A stretch of 63,438 nucleotides of DNA, filler included, from Octopus bimaculoides (taxonomy: Eukaryota), in the NCBI RefSeq assembly GCF_001194135.2. It is 5 parts of 5 records of this genome, joined end to end, with 100 filler letters (N's around TTAATTAATTAA, not from the genome) between each part and the next. Parts side by side here need not be neighbours in the genome. Positions count along the whole stretch, not along the records: positions 61,340 to 63,438 come from NW_026302394.1; 4 more parts are not named here. One strand, 5' to 3'. Shown here in pieces: positions 61,877 to 63,438 of the stretch. Each line of letters starts with the position of its first letter. Positions within the stretch are counted from its first letter, which is position 1. The translations under genes were made by a program, and so were the position numbers. The notes under the pieces are model-generated. The model worked only from the letters and a program-made list of their open reading frames with translations, was not told where the DNA came from and made no database searches.

Positions 61877-61951
61877 CTTTAATAATGTGTAAGGCAGCTG
61901 TCTCAGGGTCCCTATTTCCATAGAGAAACATACATAGGACATCACCAGAAC
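61877..61951 (-). CDS. Candidate internal coding exon, unknown protein
   Basis: Acceptor catttaccatttcag|, donor AAAG|gtaagt, 75 bp. Open as (G)SGDVLCMFLYGNRDPETAALHIIK(G) in phase 1->1, or VLVMSYVCFSMEIGTLRQLPYTLLK in phase 0->0. Confidence 0.5.
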
Positions 61952-62199
61952 CTGAAATGGTAAATGATTAATACAGAAACTAAGGTATTTAGACATAATT
62001 GAGTGTGATGAGGTAATGGTGGTGGTGGGAGTNNNNNNNNNNNNNNNNNNNNNNNNNNNNNNNNNNNNNNNNNNNNNNNNNNNNNNNNNNNNNNNNNNNN
62101 NNNNNNNNNNNNNNNNNNNNNNNNNNNNNNNNNNNNNNNNNNNNNNNNNNNNNNNNNNNNNNNNNNNNNNNNNNNNNNNNNNNNNNCGTTCGTGGAGGT

Positions 62200-62559
62200 C
62201 GAAATGGTGGCGGGAGTAGTGGTGATGTGTGTGGTGGTTGGTGAATGGTGGGTGGTATTATTGTTGTTGTTGTTGGTGGTGGTGGTGGTGGTAGTGTTGG
62301 TTGTAGTGGGAGTAGTGGTGTTGGTGGTAGTAGTGGTGATAGTGGTAGTAGTGGTGTTGGTGGTAGTAGTGGTGATGGTGGTAGTAGTGGTGGTGATTGC
62401 AGTGGTGGTGGTGGTGGTAGTGGGAGTAGCAGCAATATTTGTGGTGGTGGTGGTGGTGGTGATGATGATGGTGTTTGGCAACAGTGATGAGACATGTCGT
62501 AGGACTTGTGGGCTTCGGCAATAATAGTAGTAGTAGTAGTAGTAGTATCATCATCATCA

Positions 62560-62607
<48 letters not shown>

Positions 62608-62800
62608 GTAGTAGTAGTAGTAGTAGTAGTAGTAATAGTAGTAGTAGTAGTAGTAATAGTAGTAGTAGTAATAGTAGTAGTAGTATAGAGATAAAATATC
62701 AGAGCCCCTGTGGCAAGGCGAGTAACACTGGTATTGGCAATAGTATTAGTGGTGCTCTTAATAGTGGTAATGCGTGGCCTGGAAGTATAGTATTGGCGGT
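62200..62800. repeat. (GGT/AGT/ATT)n mosaic microsatellite
   Basis: Direct inspection. Confidence 0.9.
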
Positions 62801-62859
62801 AGTGTAAGAGTGATGTATGTATATTGGTGGTAGTTGTGTAGCGTATGTGGTAGTAAAAG

Positions 62860-62998
62860 GAGTCATCACCAGATGGAGAATCCTGTGTGGCGCACCACAA
62901 AAGACAGGGGTAAAACGAATCGAGGAAGACCTGAAGTCGCAGCACCTCGACCTCAAGCAAGCCAGGGTCAGATACATGGATTGTACTAAAACCATGTA
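62860..62998 (+). pseudogene. Decayed RTE-type ORF extreme C-terminus
   Basis: RILCGAPQKTGVKRIEEDLKSQHLDL resembles 'RG.P.KTW...IEEDL...L'. Confidence 0.45.
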
Positions 62999-63195
62999 GG
63001 CACAAGGCCCGAAATGTTTGGGGAGAGGGTCCAGTCGATTAGATCGACCCCAGTACGCAACTGGTACTTAATTTATTGATCCTGAAAGGATAAAAGGCAA
63101 GGTCGACTTGGGCGGAATTTGAACTCAGAACGTAACGGCAGACGAAATACCGCTGAGCGTTTCGCCCGGCGTGCTAACGATTCTGCCAGCTCGTC
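62998..63195 (-). mobile_element. SINE family B (young, CpG-rich)
   Basis: aggcacaaggcccgaaat...ctggtacttaatttattgatcctgaaaggataaaaggcaaggtcgac...cgtgctaacgattctgccagctcg. Confidence 0.85.
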
Positions 63196-63299
63196 GCCAG
63201 AATCTGTCACCCAGCGGAACCCACAGCAGTATATTGGACAAAGAGGACAGCCTTCCCTCCCTGATAGTTCTAGGATCAGTGGCACTGCGTGGCCCCTTG

Positions 63300-63394
63300 T
63301 GGCCCCTTGAGTAAGTGTCTTGTACTATAGCCTCGAGCCGACCAAAGCCTTGTAAGGAGATTTAGTAGACGGAAACTAAAAAAGAAGCCCTTCG

Positions 63395-63400
<6 letters not shown>
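63300..63400 (+). mobile_element. SINE family A fragment
   Basis: gtaagtgtcttgtactatagcctcgagccgaccaaagccttg...acggaaac...gaagccc. Confidence 0.8.

Positions 63401-63438
<38 letters not shown>

Overview
Eukaryotic, AT-rich, gap-ridden genomic DNA with no prokaryotic gene structure, rRNA, true tRNA or CRISPR. The repeat content suggests an octopod cephalopod such as Octopus (inference only). The window is mostly intron-like and is packed with: several modular tRNA-derived SINE families; RTE-clade LINE fragments, including a young family ending in (GAT)n; Tc1/mariner relics, including a DD37D/maT transposase; hAT- and piggyBac-type MITEs; an RLE-type non-LTR fragment; and large microsatellite tracts. 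One coding exon is recognisable: an STPG2-like PG-repeat exon at 27720-27888 (+). Several unassigned exon candidates lie on the minus strand. The most unusual signal is a set of minimal type-I hammerhead-ribozyme (HHR) folds of the kind associated with Penelope-like elements. They occur (i) twice in a ~515-bp foldback element at 42353-42867, (ii) as the tail of a tRNA-headed SINE present as an inverted pair at 21655-22160, and (iii) as stand-alone motifs with a C4 core variant at 48311-48356 and 56278-56358. There is also a near-perfect 114-bp-arm hairpin with a telomere-like (CCCTAA) loop at 53595-53847. Four artificial 100-bp spacers (44N-TTAATTAATTAA-44N) mean adjacency across them is uncertain. 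Repeat boundaries are approximate unless TSD or splice coordinates are given.
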